Source of the DNA: Thermodesulfobacteriota bacterium
GTDB taxonomy: Bacteria; Desulfobacterota; GWC2-55-46; DRQE01
Direction: 5' to 3'
NCBI GenBank assembly: GCA_035655515.1
Contig: DASRUI010000129.1
Coordinates: 1 to 62,769, forward strand
Length of the DNA: 62,769 nt
Notes under the pieces: model-generated
The model's input: only the letters and a program-made list of their open reading frames with translations
What the model was told of the DNA's origin: nothing
The model's database searches: none
In this document: positions 9,785 through 19,044 of the stretch, in pieces
Layout: every line of letters begins with the position of its first letter
How positions within the stretch are numbered: the first letter of the stretch is position 1
Made by a program: the position numbers and the translations under genes

Positions 9785-9850
9785 GTAGGGTGGGCTGTGC
9801 CCACCAATCCCTTTTATGAGCGTATAAATGGTGGGCCGAGCCCACCCTAC
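9785..9850. repeat. MITE-like element, second identical 66-bp copy
   Basis: Identical by eye to 9101-9166. Confidence 0.85.
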
Positions 9851-9929
9851 GAACTGTGTAGCGCGGCTTGTTTTGTATTCCGCTTCGAACCGTTCCGGCG
9901 TCTTGTAGCCGAGCGTCGAATGCAGTCCT
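9851..9929 (-). pseudogene. Remnant of the 3' end of a DDE (rve-type, IS3/IS481-like) transposase
   Basis: The minus strand translates to GLHSTLGYKTPERFEAEYKTSRATQF. This is the classic C-terminal HS.LGY.TP.EFE motif of integrase-core transposases. Only about 26 codons remain, sandwiched between two MITE copies. Confidence 0.6.
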
Positions 9930-10004
9930 GTAGGGTGGGCTGTTATACTGTGCCCACCAATCCCTTTTTATGAGCGTCTAAATGGTAGGTCGAGCCCACC
10001 CTAC
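9930..10004. repeat. MITE-like element, 75-bp variant copy
   Basis: gtagggtgggctgttatactgtgcccaccaatccctttttatgagcgtctaaatggtaggtcgagcccaccctac. Same architecture with small indels. Confidence 0.8.
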
Positions 10005-10101
10005 AAGACTACCCATAATTGAGCATTAGACCAACCCATGACGCCTCCATGTTAGTATATTTATCGGGTTACGCTCCGCTCCGCTAACCCAACTTACAGG
10101 G

Positions 10102-10602
10102 CTACAGGACTTTCGTGACCTTCTTTCGGATTTTCCAACCGTAATAGATTCGCCACAGTGTCGGAAATCTGTGCATGTATTTATGGTACTCGCGCCCCGT
10201 TGCGTCGTATACTACTATATACCATGCACTTTTTAAAAATTCTTCATCCTGCTCCATCATGAAGTTCACGGTTGGATTTTCTTCCGTCAATATCTTGTTG
10301 GTATGCCCCAGTATACTGTCGTTAATAAGTGCGAAGTTTTTTTCTTTGCCAATAATTCGTATACCGACGTTGGAGATTCGGATTGATCTTCGACCTTTAT
10401 TTACGACTGTGACGTTGAAGTATGTCTTGTTCTTGTCATAAAGTGGCGAGTTGAACACCGCCATATCTCGCTGATACTTGATTCTTATTTTCGCCCTATC
10501 TCGGAATGACAAATATATTGATGCCACCAAACTTATGGTGCTGATTATCGCCGCATACCAAGCAACCGCACTTGCTGATATTTCAATATTTATATTCGAC
10601 AT
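10102..10602 (-). CDS. Hypothetical membrane-anchored protein (one N-terminal TM, beta-rich C-terminal domain)
   Basis: 166-aa ORF in a low-GC stretch (a sampled line is about 43% GC). The TM segment is VAWYAAIISTISLVASIYLSF. I recognise no family. Confidence 0.55.
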   Translation of the reverse strand: MSNINIEISASAVAWYAAIISTISLVASIYLSFRDRAKIRIKYQRDMAVFNSPLYDKNKTYFNVTVVNKGRRSIRISNVGIRIIGKEKNFALINDSILGHTNKILTEENPTVNFMMEQDEEFLKSAWYIVVYDATGREYHKYMHRFPTLWRIYYGWKIRKKVTKVL

Positions 10603-10710
10603 ACTCGTGGGTACCCCGAACCCAACAAAATATAGATAGGTCTATTATATCAACAATTTTCCTTTGAAGCGGAATTTTTTGAGGCAAGGCTATGGATAGT
10701 CAATGCCCCC

Positions 10711-10746
10711 AAAAAACCAAACGGCTTGCCAATAAGGCAAGCCGTT
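10711..10746 (-). terminator. Rho-independent terminator of ssrA
   Basis: The minus strand reads aacggcttgcc-ttat-tggcaagccgtt followed by tggtttttt. It starts 7 nt after the tmRNA CCA end. Confidence 0.75.
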
Positions 10747-10752
10747 AAAACT

Positions 10753-11103
10753 TGGTGGAGGCGGTGGGAATCGAACCCACGTCCGGAAACACTTGAGCCG
10801 GGGCATCTACATACTTAGCCTATGATTGAATCTCGCGCCGCGTTTCCCCACAGGCAGGGGCGCGGAGCCAGTCCCATTGAGTCTCGCCTTCGTTCGCTCG
10901 GGACAAAGTAACGAAGGCCATCCCGCAAAGTGTCGTCCTTACAAGGCCCGCGGGAGGGGACATGCAGGACGCTCGCCGTTAATTAAGCGGCGAGTGCGTA
11001 GTTTGGTTCGCCAGTTATGGCTGTCTACCCTGTTTTACGAGGAGATAGGACCTCGGTATGCTTCCCTCGACTTGCCGGCGTCCCGTCGAAGCCGGTCGCC
11101 CCC
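10753..11103 (-). ncRNA. ssrA: tmRNA (SsrA)
   Basis: Minus-strand 5' end is GGGGGCGACCGGCTTCGACGGG and the 3' end is GGGTTCGATTCCCACCGCCTCCACCA (tRNA-Ala-like acceptor/T-arm). The internal tag frame GCC ATA ACT GGC GAA CCA AAC TAC GCA CTC GCC GCT TAA ends in the canonical NYALAA. It lies adjacent to smpB. Confidence 0.9.
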
Positions 11104-11399
11104 ATATAAAAATTATAACATAAAAGAAGGAAGGAATACAAATTACCCCTCACCTCAACCCTCAAATCCCTCCTGACCTCCACGACCCACGCCGCTTGGC
11201 GTGGGTGCCCCGAAAGGGAGGAATCGCTCCCGCGAGGGGAGAGGGGGTTAATCTTGGGAAAAATATTCAGAAAAAGAACTGGATTCCCGCTCAAAAGACC
11301 GCGGGAATGACAGAAGGGGTTGGTTGTTTGCAGGAATGCGAGACCTCACCCACGGCGGAAAAAAGGGGACCTCTCCGCAGGCGGAGAAGGAAATCAGCC
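11104..11399. repeat. REP-rich spacer between smpB and ssrA
   Basis: Contains cccctcacctcaaccctc (reverse copy of the gagggttggggtgagggg module), cccacgccgcttggcgtggg, and ctggattcccgctcaaaagaccgcgggaatgaca (11279-11312). Confidence 0.7.
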
Positions 11400-11867
11400 T
11401 CAGCCTTCCTTTGCCTTTCTGCCCTTCACCGCGCGGTCCATCTCCCGCGTGACGTCTTTTTTCTTTATGGATTCTCTCTTGTCATAGAGTTTTTTTCCTT
11501 TGGCAAGGGCAATCTCTACTTTGGCCTTGCCGCCTTTGAAGTATATCTTGGTCGGGATGAGCGTATAGCCCTGCTCCCGTGTTTTGCCGATGAGTTTTTT
11601 CACTTCCCATTTGTGGAGGAGGAGTTTTCTCGTTCTCTCCGGGTCGTGCTTGGCCGTGGCGTCGGCTTGGGCGTAGGCGCTTATGTGGGCGTTTACGAGA
11701 AATACCTCGCTTCCCATGACCTTGGCGTAACTGTCTTTTAATTGCGCCCTGCCGAGCCTCAAGGATTTTACCTCGCCGCCCGTAAGGATTATCCCCGCCT
11801 CATGGGTCTCCTCCATGAAGTAGTCGAAGTAGGCTTTTTTATTCTGGCAGATGATTTTTATGCCCAA
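11400..11867 (-). CDS. smpB: SsrA-binding protein SmpB
   Basis: N-terminus is [29 protein letters not shown] and the C-terminal tail is basic. This is typical SmpB at 155 aa. Confidence 0.95.
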   Translation of the reverse strand: MGIKIICQNKKAYFDYFMEETHEAGIILTGGEVKSLRLGRAQLKDSYAKVMGSEVFLVNAHISAYAQADATAKHDPERTRKLLLHKWEVKKLIGKTREQGYTLIPTKIYFKGGKAKVEIALAKGKKLYDKRESIKKKDVTREMDRAVKGRKAKEG

Positions 11868-11877
11868 GGGGCGTCCT

Positions 11878-12309
11878 CTAAACCACGCGAAGGATTATAG
11901 GCATGTAGTTTTTTCTTGTTCGCGCCGAGTTTCCGTAAAACGAAAGAGCGACGTAGGTCAGGATAAGCAGGATAACCCCGGCCCCGGCTGAAACGAAGTC
12001 TTTGTTCCAGTCCGGAACGATGAGTTCCGAATATGCCTGAGCCACGACCGCGCCGAATATGAAGGCCGCGAGAGGGAAGAGGTAGATGAGGGCCCCGGCC
12101 TTTATGACGGTGCCGGCGCCTATCGAGATATAAACGCGGTCTCCGACCTTGGCGTTAATCGGATTAAGGGCCTCGACCACCATGTCGGTTTCGCTTACCC
12201 CTTGGCAGACGGATTTGGTCGCGCACTTGTCGCAGGAGGTGGTCCTCTGCGCTTTGACGATTGCCGTGCCGTCTTTCAATTCCAAAATCACGCCTTCTTC
12301 TTCTATCAT
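11878..12309 (-). CDS. RseC/MucC-family (SoxR-reducing system RseC-like) membrane protein
   Basis: N-terminal [32 protein letters not shown] followed by two TM helices, the typical RseC architecture. Confidence 0.7.
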   Translation of the reverse strand: MIEEEGVILELKDGTAIVKAQRTTSCDKCATKSVCQGVSETDMVVEALNPINAKVGDRVYISIGAGTVIKAGALIYLFPLAAFIFGAVVAQAYSELIVPDWNKDFVSAGAGVILLILTYVALSFYGNSARTRKNYMPIILRVV

Positions 12310-12583
12310 AAGTTTATCGTATCAGAGGCACGTTGTCTTTTCAAGGCAGGGGCTGAGCCCCTGCCTGCCTTAACTCCCCTCCTTACCAAGGAGGGGCAGG
12401 GGGAGGTTGTCTTGAATTCCTTTTTACCCCACCACTTCCCGTCGGGGTACCCACCCGAAGGGTGGGTCGGCGCTTCGTCCGCCTTTGGCGGAGGAGCCCA
12501 GCCCCTTATAAAGGGGAGGAGCAAAGCGCCGTCCGCCGGACTTTGAAAATAAGGAAGCGCGTGGTATATTGTATTTTCCCGTT

Positions 12584-13975
12584 ATGGCCAAGAAGAACGT
12601 TGATAAAAAAGCGAGGCCCGTCGCCTTCGAAATACTCATGAGGGTCGAGAGCAACGGCGCGTATCCCGACATACTCCTTCACGAAGAACTCAAACGCGTT
12701 TCCGCCGTCGACAGGGCGCTCTTGACCGAGCTTGTTTACGGGGTTTTGCGGTGGCGGATAAAGATAGACTGGATAATAGACGCCTTCTCGAACATAAAAG
12801 TCAAGAAACTCGAGCACAGCGTGCTTAACGCCTTGAGGCTCGGCGTTTATCAGATTTTTTTCCTCACGAGAATCCCTCCCGAGGCGGCGATATTCGAAAC
12901 AGTCGAACTCATAAAGCCCTACGGCGAAAAAAAGGCCGGTTTCGTGAACGCGGTCTTGAGGAACGCGAACGCCCTGAAGGGAGGCGTCAGTTTTCCGCTC
13001 TTGAGCAGGGAGCCGGTAAAATATATCTCGATTGTTTTCTCTCATCCCGAATGGCTCGTCGAGAGGTGGATAAAGAGGCACGGCGCCAAGGACGCGATGT
13101 TGATGTGTCAGGCGAACCTCGCGTTGCCGCCGGTCGTGCTCCGGACGAACACGCTTAAGATTACGAGGGATAGGCTCGCGGAGGAACTCGCCTCTTCCGG
13201 CATCGTTACGAAGAATACCGTGTATTCGCCGGACGGGCTGGAGGTCGTCGAAAAAGGGGACGCCTTTTTAAATCCCTCGGATGAGCGTTATTATATTCAG
13301 GACGAGGCGTCCCAGATTGTCGCGTATCTCGTGTCCCCGGTTCCGGGCGAGGTCATACTGGATGCCTGCGCGGCCCCCGGCGGAAAGACGACCCATCTCG
13401 CCCAGCTTATGCGAAACGAGGGGACCATTATGGCGCTCGATAAACAGTCCTCGAGGCTCAGGACGGTCGAGGATATAAGCCGGAGGCTCGGCGTAAAAAA
13501 TATCATCGCCAACGCGGCCGACGCTTCGACGGTTGTTTTCGAGCCTCTGCTCGTTGGGGTGAAAGATTTAAGCCGCGGCTCGATCATGCCGTCCGGGGGC
13601 TTTGACGCGATATTGGTTGACGCGCCGTGTTCCGGGTTAGGGGTTTTACGGAGGACGCCCGACATAAAGTATAAAAGGACCAAGGAGGACGCGGAAAGAT
13701 TGGCGAAAATACAGGGAAGGCTCCTCGATAATCTCGCGAAGTACGTAAGGCGCGGCGGGAGGCTCGTTTACTCGGTTTGCACGTTCGAGCCCGAGGAGAC
13801 AATCGAGGTCGCGGAGCTTTTTTTAAAAACCCATCAGGATTTTTTCGCCGAAGATTTGTCAGGCGTTTTGCCGGGCGGATGCGCCGGACTTGTCGGCAGG
13901 GACGGTTATTTCACGTCCTATCCTCATAAGCACGGCATGGACGGCTTTTTCGCCGCGCGGTTCGGCAGGAAGTAA
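12584..13975 (+). CDS. rsmB: 16S rRNA (cytosine-C5)-methyltransferase RsmB/Sun
   Basis: N-terminal NusB-like domain (ARPVAFEILMRVESNGAYPD). SAM methyltransferase motifs are DACAAPGGKT, DAILVDAPCSGLGVLRR and LVYSVCT. First ATG at 12584. Confidence 0.9.
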   Translation: MAKKNVDKKARPVAFEILMRVESNGAYPDILLHEELKRVSAVDRALLTELVYGVLRWRIKIDWIIDAFSNIKVKKLEHSVLNALRLGVYQIFFLTRIPPEAAIFETVELIKPYGEKKAGFVNAVLRNANALKGGVSFPLLSREPVKYISIVFSHPEWLVERWIKRHGAKDAMLMCQANLALPPVVLRTNTLKITRDRLAEELASSGIVTKNTVYSPDGLEVVEKGDAFLNPSDERYYIQDEASQIVAYLVSPVPGEVILDACAAPGGKTTHLAQLMRNEGTIMALDKQSSRLRTVEDISRRLGVKNIIANAADASTVVFEPLLVGVKDLSRGSIMPSGGFDAILVDAPCSGLGVLRRTPDIKYKRTKEDAERLAKIQGRLLDNLAKYVRRGGRLVYSVCTFEPEETIEVAELFLKTHQDFFAEDLSGVLPGGCAGLVGRDGYFTSYPHKHGMDGFFAARFGRK

Positions 13976-14038
13976 ACCTTGTAAAAGTTTTTTCTTTTGT
14001 GTTAAATAAAGACGGTATAGCGGGCAGGGGGTTTCGTA

Positions 14039-14329
14039 ATGGAAGAATTCGAGGAATTGGAAAATATGCTCTTCGCGCAGATGGAAAAAGTAAAAAAACT
14101 GCCTTATTCGAGGCTCGCCTTATACGTGGGCGGAATTAACATAGAGAGTTACGACGCGAAGAGCGCCGAAGGCGCCGAGTACGAGGTGCAGGTGGAAAGC
14201 GAAGTGATTGACGAAGCCACGGGGCGTCTCCGCGTGAACGTGGCGGTCTATGAAAAGGGCTGGAAGTCGTTTCTTCCGGCCATAAGCAGTTTTTTCATAA
14301 CGCCCGACGGAACCATTACGGGCGGGTAG
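14039..14329 (+). CDS. Hypothetical small acidic protein
   Basis: 96-aa ORF with normal GC for this genome. No family recognised. Its 3' end overlaps the convergent DUF502 gene by 14 nt. Confidence 0.4.
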   Translation: MEEFEELENMLFAQMEKVKKLPYSRLALYVGGINIESYDAKSAEGAEYEVQVESEVIDEATGRLRVNVAVYEKGWKSFLPAISSFFITPDGTITGG

Positions 14330-14888
14330 GTTGGTTTTTAGCCTCTATCGAACCGGAAACTCCCGCCGACACGATGAACGCCATGAATTCCGAACTGTCC
14401 GCGAGGACAGGCTCCACCATGCCTTTAGGATACACGAAAAGCGCGCCCGAGAAGTTATAGGAGTGCGGGAGGTACACGGCGACGTGGCCGTGAAGACTGA
14501 GCGATTCGAGGCTCTCCCGCGTCACGAAACCAAGGGCCTTTGCTCCGGTCTCAGCGCTTATCGTGACGAGCACCGGCTTGGTGAAGCTTTTCTTGTCTCC
14601 GACGAACGCCCCTATCAAGTCCTTCATCGAGCCGTAGAGTATCTTGACGAGAGGAAGCCTCGCGAAGAGGCCCTCGACGTAAGAGATGAGTTTTTTAGTC
14701 AGGAAGTTGCTTGAGAGCGCCCCGAGCGACACTATAATCGCTATGGTCAGGGCAAAGCCTATTCCGGGGGTTGAAAAGCCGAATATGCCGTCAATCTTCC
14801 TGAAGACGGTCAAGACCACGTACACAGAGACGAATATGGGGATGAGTATCATGAGTCCCTCGAAAAAATATCTTATGATTCTTTTCAT
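14316..14888 (-). CDS. DUF502-family membrane protein
   Basis: MKRIIRYFFEGLMILIPIFVSVYVV plus a second TM and a conserved PGIGF-type loop. This is the typical DUF502 layout. Confidence 0.7.
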   Translation of the reverse strand: MKRIIRYFFEGLMILIPIFVSVYVVLTVFRKIDGIFGFSTPGIGFALTIAIIVSLGALSSNFLTKKLISYVEGLFARLPLVKILYGSMKDLIGAFVGDKKSFTKPVLVTISAETGAKALGFVTRESLESLSLHGHVAVYLPHSYNFSGALFVYPKGMVEPVLADSSEFMAFIVSAGVSGSIEAKNQPTRP

Positions 14889-14902
14889 ATCGCCCTCCGT
14901 AT

Positions 14903-15640
14903 TTACTTTCGGTTTTTCAAAAACTCAATTATCTCTTCAAACAATATAACCCCTTCGCGTATAAATTTAATCTCCGTTCCCGTGGCGTCAACTATTGTGG
15001 AGCCTTTTTCAGCGGTAAGATTTCCTCCGTCTATCACGACGTCCACGTTGCCGTTAAAGTATTCAGCGCAACTCGCCGCGTCTTTTGCCGGGGGTTTTCC
15101 CGAGGGGTTCGCGCTGGTCGCGGTTATGGCCGAGTTGAATTCAAAAACGAGTCTTTGCGCAACCGGGTTGGACGAAACCCTTACCCCTATGGTGCCGGTT
15201 CCGGCCGTTATGAGCGAAGGGATTTTTTTTGAGGCCTTTAATACCAACGTGAGAGGGCCGGGCCAGTAACGGTCCATGAGACCCGTCGCTTTTGCCGGGA
15301 TTACAGAGGCTATATCTTTCAATTCCTGCCGGTTTTTTATTATGAGGGTTACGGGTTTTTCCGGAGGCCGGCCTTTTATGGCGAAGAGTTTTCCGATTGC
15401 CTTCGGGTTTAACGCATGAACTCCCAATCCGTAGAAGGTCTCGGTCGGGTAAGCGACTATCCCTCCGCGCCTTAACGCCTCTATTGCCGGAGTGAAGTCG
15501 TCTCCGGGCTTCAATATGAGGGGTTTCCCCTTGACCCACGCCGCTTGGCGCGGGTGCCTTGAAAGGGGCCGGGTTCCCGTTGCCGCAACACATTGCAACG
15601 GGAAGCGGGGGGATTTGGGTTTTTTGCCGCCTGTTTTCAA
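14903..15640 (-). CDS. tsaC: L-threonylcarbamoyladenylate synthase (TsaC/YrdC/Sua5 family)
   Basis: AIEALRRGGIVAYPTETFYGLGVHA ... IKGRPPEKPVTLII ... ATSANPSG. The ORF maximum starts at a TTG (15640) and its first ~42 codons run through a REP module (cccacgccgcttggcgcggg). The real start may be the in-frame TTG at 15514. Confidence 0.85.
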   Translation of the reverse strand: MKTGGKKPKSPRFPLQCVAATGTRPLSRHPRQAAWVKGKPLILKPGDDFTPAIEALRRGGIVAYPTETFYGLGVHALNPKAIGKLFAIKGRPPEKPVTLIIKNRQELKDIASVIPAKATGLMDRYWPGPLTLVLKASKKIPSLITAGTGTIGVRVSSNPVAQRLVFEFNSAITATSANPSGKPPAKDAASCAEYFNGNVDVVIDGGNLTAEKGSTIVDATGTEIKFIREGVILFEEIIEFLKNRK

Positions 15641-15652
15641 GCGCGTTCCGGC

Positions 15653-16156
15653 TTATCTTTTTATGGCGGAGATTTTTCTCGCCTTTTCTTCCACTTTTTC
15701 AGCCTCCGCTTTTTTGAACTCTTTGAGCCTTACGCAAAGTTTTCTGTCGCTTAAGGAAAGTATCTGGGCCGCGAGCACTGCCGCGTTTTTGGCCCCGGAT
15801 TTCCCTATGGAAACGGTAGCAACGGGCACTCCGGCCGGCATCTGCACGGTCGAGAGAAGGGCGTCGAGCCCCTTTAAGGCGCTCGAATCTATGGGCACTC
15901 CTATAACCGGCAACGTCGTCTTTGCCGCGATGAATCCCGCGAGATGCGCCGCGTGTCCGGCGCCGGCTATGATTACCTTTATCCCTCTTTTTTCCGCCGT
16001 AGCGGCAATCTCAAATGTCCTGTCCGGAGCCCTGTGCGCCGAGGATACGGTCATCTCGTAAGGCACGTCGAAAAGCTCGAGCACCTTCGCCGCCTCGTCC
16101 ATGACCGCGAGGTCCGAGTCGCTTCCCATTACTATCGTTACAACCGGTTTTATCAT
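15653..16156 (-). CDS. purE: 5-(carboxyamino)imidazole ribonucleotide mutase
   Basis: [14 protein letters not shown] ... VSSAHRAPD ... [12 protein letters not shown] ... PVIGVP motifs. Confidence 0.95.
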   Translation of the reverse strand: MIKPVVTIVMGSDSDLAVMDEAAKVLELFDVPYEMTVSSAHRAPDRTFEIAATAEKRGIKVIIAGAGHAAHLAGFIAAKTTLPVIGVPIDSSALKGLDALLSTVQMPAGVPVATVSIGKSGAKNAAVLAAQILSLSDRKLCVRLKEFKKAEAEKVEEKARKISAIKR

Positions 16157-16166
16157 AAAAGCCTCC

Positions 16167-17438
16167 TTAAGAGAGTTGTCTCAAAGCCTTTTTTCCTATG
16201 TCACGCCTGTAATGCGCCCCCTCGAAGCTGATTTTTCCGACTGCCGAGTAAGCCTTGTCCATGGCTGATTTTATGTCGTCGCCCAATGCCGTAACTCCCA
16301 AAACCCTTCCCCCGTTCGTTATCGTCTTATTGTCTTTTATCTTTGTTCCGGCGTGGAATATAAACGCGTCTTCGGTCTTTTCCGCCTCATCGAGTCCGAG
16401 TATTGCGTGCCCCTTTTCATAGTTTCCGGGGTATCCCTTGGCCGCCATGACCACGCATACCGAAGGCCGCGAGTCCCATTCGAGGTTTATTCCGTCGAGC
16501 TCGCCTTTTATCGCGGCGAGCATGACGGGGACGAGGTCTGTAGTGAGGCGCGTGAGTATGGGCTGGGTCTCGGGGTCTCCGAAACGCGCGTTGAATTCCA
16601 AGACCTTTGGCCCTTTGTTTGTTATCATAAGCCCGGCGTAAAGCACTCCTTTGTAAGGACGGCCTTCCTTTTCCATGGCCTCTATTGCCGGGAGCAGTAT
16701 AGTTGAAAGCGCTTCTTCTTCGAGTTCTTTTGTCATGACGGGGGCAGGCGAATAGGCGCCCATGCCGCCGGTATTCGGCCCCAAGTCGTCGTCGAAAACT
16801 GTTTTATGGTCCTGAGCCGACGCAAGAGGAAGCACGGTCTTGCCGTCCGTTATCGCGAGGAATGACACCTCCTCGCCTTTCAGGAATTCTTCTATTATCA
16901 CTCTTTTCCCGGCGTCTCCGAAGTCTATGCTTATACTCGTTATCGCGGCGGCGCTTTCTTCCGGGCTTTGCGATATTATGACGCCTTTTCCCGCGGCCAA
17001 TCCGTCGGCTTTAATGACAAGAGGGTGAGGTTCTTTTTTCGCGTATTTTATCGCTTCTTCGGGGATTGAAAAAGTCTTATACCTTGCCGTCGGAATACCG
17101 TATTTTCGCATGAGTTCTTTTGAAAAGGCCTTGCTTCCTTCAATCTCGGCGGCCTTTTTCGAGGGGCCGAAGATTTTAAGCCCCGCCATTTCAAACTCGT
17201 CCGCTATGCCGAGGGTGAGGGGAACCTCCGGCCCCACCACAGTGAGGCCGATACGTTCTTTTAAGGCAAAGGCCTTAAGGCCTTTTATGTCGTCCGCCTT
17301 TATGGCTATGTTTTCGCCGCGCATGAGCGTTCCGGCGTTGCCCGGGGCGATGAATATTTTTTCCGCGAGAGGGCTTTTGGATATCTTCCACGCGAGCGCG
17401 TGTTCCCTGCCGCCGGAACCTATTATGAGTATCTTCAA
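16167..17438 (-). CDS. purD: Phosphoribosylamine-glycine ligase
   Basis: [18 protein letters not shown] ... ATP-grasp core ... [12 protein letters not shown]. Confidence 0.95.
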   Translation of the reverse strand: MKILIIGSGGREHALAWKISKSPLAEKIFIAPGNAGTLMRGENIAIKADDIKGLKAFALKERIGLTVVGPEVPLTLGIADEFEMAGLKIFGPSKKAAEIEGSKAFSKELMRKYGIPTARYKTFSIPEEAIKYAKKEPHPLVIKADGLAAGKGVIISQSPEESAAAITSISIDFGDAGKRVIIEEFLKGEEVSFLAITDGKTVLPLASAQDHKTVFDDDLGPNTGGMGAYSPAPVMTKELEEEALSTILLPAIEAMEKEGRPYKGVLYAGLMITNKGPKVLEFNARFGDPETQPILTRLTTDLVPVMLAAIKGELDGINLEWDSRPSVCVVMAAKGYPGNYEKGHAILGLDEAEKTEDAFIFHAGTKIKDNKTITNGGRVLGVTALGDDIKSAMDKAYSAVGKISFEGAHYRRDIGKKALRQLS

Positions 17439-17453
17439 AATGCTCTCCGTGAT

Positions 17454-19028
17454 TTAGTGCCTGAAGTGCCTTATGCCCGTAAATACCATGGCTATGCCGT
17501 GCTCGTCCGCGGCCTTCACGACCTCTTCGTCCCTTATCGAGCCGCCGGGCTGGATAATGGCGGTGATGCCGTTTTGCGAAGCGAGGTCAACGTTATCCCT
17601 GAACGGAAAAAAGGCGTCGGAGGCGAGGACGCTTCCCTTCAGGTCGAATCCCACGTCCTTGGCCTTCATGGAGGCGAGCTTTGTAGAGTCTATGCGGGAC
17701 ATCTGCCCCGCGCCTATGCCAAGGGTCTGCGAGCCTTTGGCGAATATTATGGCGTTGCTTTTAACGTGCTTGGCGACGTTCCACGCGAAAAGGAGGTCAG
17801 TGAGTTCCTCGTCCGTCGGAGCCCTCTTGGTGACGCATTTAAGGTCGGAGGCGCTTTCCCTGTCCACCGTTTGAATCAAAACCCCGCCCGAGACCCTTTT
17901 GATATCAAATGGCGATTCGAGCGGATTATGGCCGCTCTCCTCCCCTGCCGCCATTACGCGGAGGTTTTTCTTTTTCTCGAACGTCTCTATCGCGCCTTTG
18001 TCGAAAGACGGAGCCACGACGGCCTCGAGGAATATGTCGATAAGTTTTTCGGCGAGTTCTTTCGTTACTCTTCCGTTAAAGCCGACTATGCCGCCGAAGG
18101 CCGACACGGGGTCGCAGGCGAGCGCGAGTTCGTAGGCCTTTTTAAGCCCCTCCTTTGACATGGCGACGCCGCAGGGGTTATTGTGTTTTATTATCACGCA
18201 GGCCGGCTCGTGAAACTCGCGCGATATTTCAAGGGCCGCGTTAAGGTCGAGTATGTTGTTGAAAGAAAGTTCCTTGCCTTGAATCTGCGTGGCGGCCGAA
18301 AGGGCGCCGGGCGCGAGAGGGCGCGTCGAGTAGAAGGCCGCCTTCTGGTGGGGATTTTCGCCGTATCTCAGGTCCTGAATTTTCTTGAACTGGAAGGAGA
18401 AGGTCGCGGGGAAGTCCGTGTCTTTTTTGCCCGGTTCCTTCGAGAACGCGCCGAGCCAGTTGGCTATCGCGCCGTCGTAGCGCGAGGTCAGTTCAAAGGC
18501 CTTTTTGGCGAGCCGGAACCTCGTCTCGACGGAAAGCGTTCCGCCTGTTTTTTTCATCTCGCTTATTATCGAGGCATAGTCTTCCGGGTCGGTCACGCAG
18601 GCGACGTCTTTAAAGTTTTTTGCCGCGGCCCTTATCATCGTGGGGCCGCCGATGTCTATGTTTTCGATGGCGTCATCGAAGGGCCTTCCGCTCTTTATCG
18701 TCTCTTCGAACGCGTAGAGGTTCACGACCACCATGTCTATCGGGGGTATGCCGTAATCCGTCATCTGCTTCGAGTGAGAGGGGTTTTCCCTCATGCCGAG
18801 TATGCCGCCGTGGATTTTAGGGTGGAGCGTTTTCACCCTTCCGTCCAGCATCTCCGGCGAGCCCGTGTAAGAGGATATGGGTATTACGTTTACTCCTTCT
18901 TTTTTAAGGATGTCCGCCGTGCCGCCGGTCGAGATTATCTCCACCCCCGTTGCGGCGAGCCCTTTCACGAACTCCGCCACCCCTTTTTTGTCGGTTACGC
19001 TTACTATCGCGCGTTGGATTTTTTTCAT
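17454..19028 (-). CDS. purH: Bifunctional AICAR transformylase / IMP cyclohydrolase
   Basis: RAIVSVTDKKG ... GRVKTLHPKIHGGIL ... IIKHNNPCGVA ... FTGIRHFRH C-terminus. Confidence 0.95.
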   Translation of the reverse strand: MKKIQRAIVSVTDKKGVAEFVKGLAATGVEIISTGGTADILKKEGVNVIPISSYTGSPEMLDGRVKTLHPKIHGGILGMRENPSHSKQMTDYGIPPIDMVVVNLYAFEETIKSGRPFDDAIENIDIGGPTMIRAAAKNFKDVACVTDPEDYASIISEMKKTGGTLSVETRFRLAKKAFELTSRYDGAIANWLGAFSKEPGKKDTDFPATFSFQFKKIQDLRYGENPHQKAAFYSTRPLAPGALSAATQIQGKELSFNNILDLNAALEISREFHEPACVIIKHNNPCGVAMSKEGLKKAYELALACDPVSAFGGIVGFNGRVTKELAEKLIDIFLEAVVAPSFDKGAIETFEKKKNLRVMAAGEESGHNPLESPFDIKRVSGGVLIQTVDRESASDLKCVTKRAPTDEELTDLLFAWNVAKHVKSNAIIFAKGSQTLGIGAGQMSRIDSTKLASMKAKDVGFDLKGSVLASDAFFPFRDNVDLASQNGITAIIQPGGSIRDEEVVKAADEHGIAMVFTGIRHFRH

Positions 19029-19044
19029 GACGAATCGCCTTTCC

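Noticed and set aside
9090-10010. A possible CRISPR array, because of closely spaced near-identical repeats.
   Set aside because: The repeats are 66-75 bp with internal and terminal inverted symmetry. Spacing is irregular (about 620 bp, then about 80 bp). There are no cas genes, so the behaviour is MITE/REP-like.
10703-10752. A search for a duplicated tmRNA 3'-end (att site) delimiting the 9.2-10.7 kb islet.
   Set aside because: I found no second copy of the tcgaacccac/ggtggaggcgg segment by eye anywhere in 9200-10750. The island-integration idea therefore rests only on position and composition.
10826-11741. ORFs 10826-11176(+), 11025-11294(-) and 11196-11741(+).
   Set aside because: They overlap the tmRNA gene, the repeat-filled ssrA-smpB spacer and the antisense strand of smpB. 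They have no motifs or RBS.
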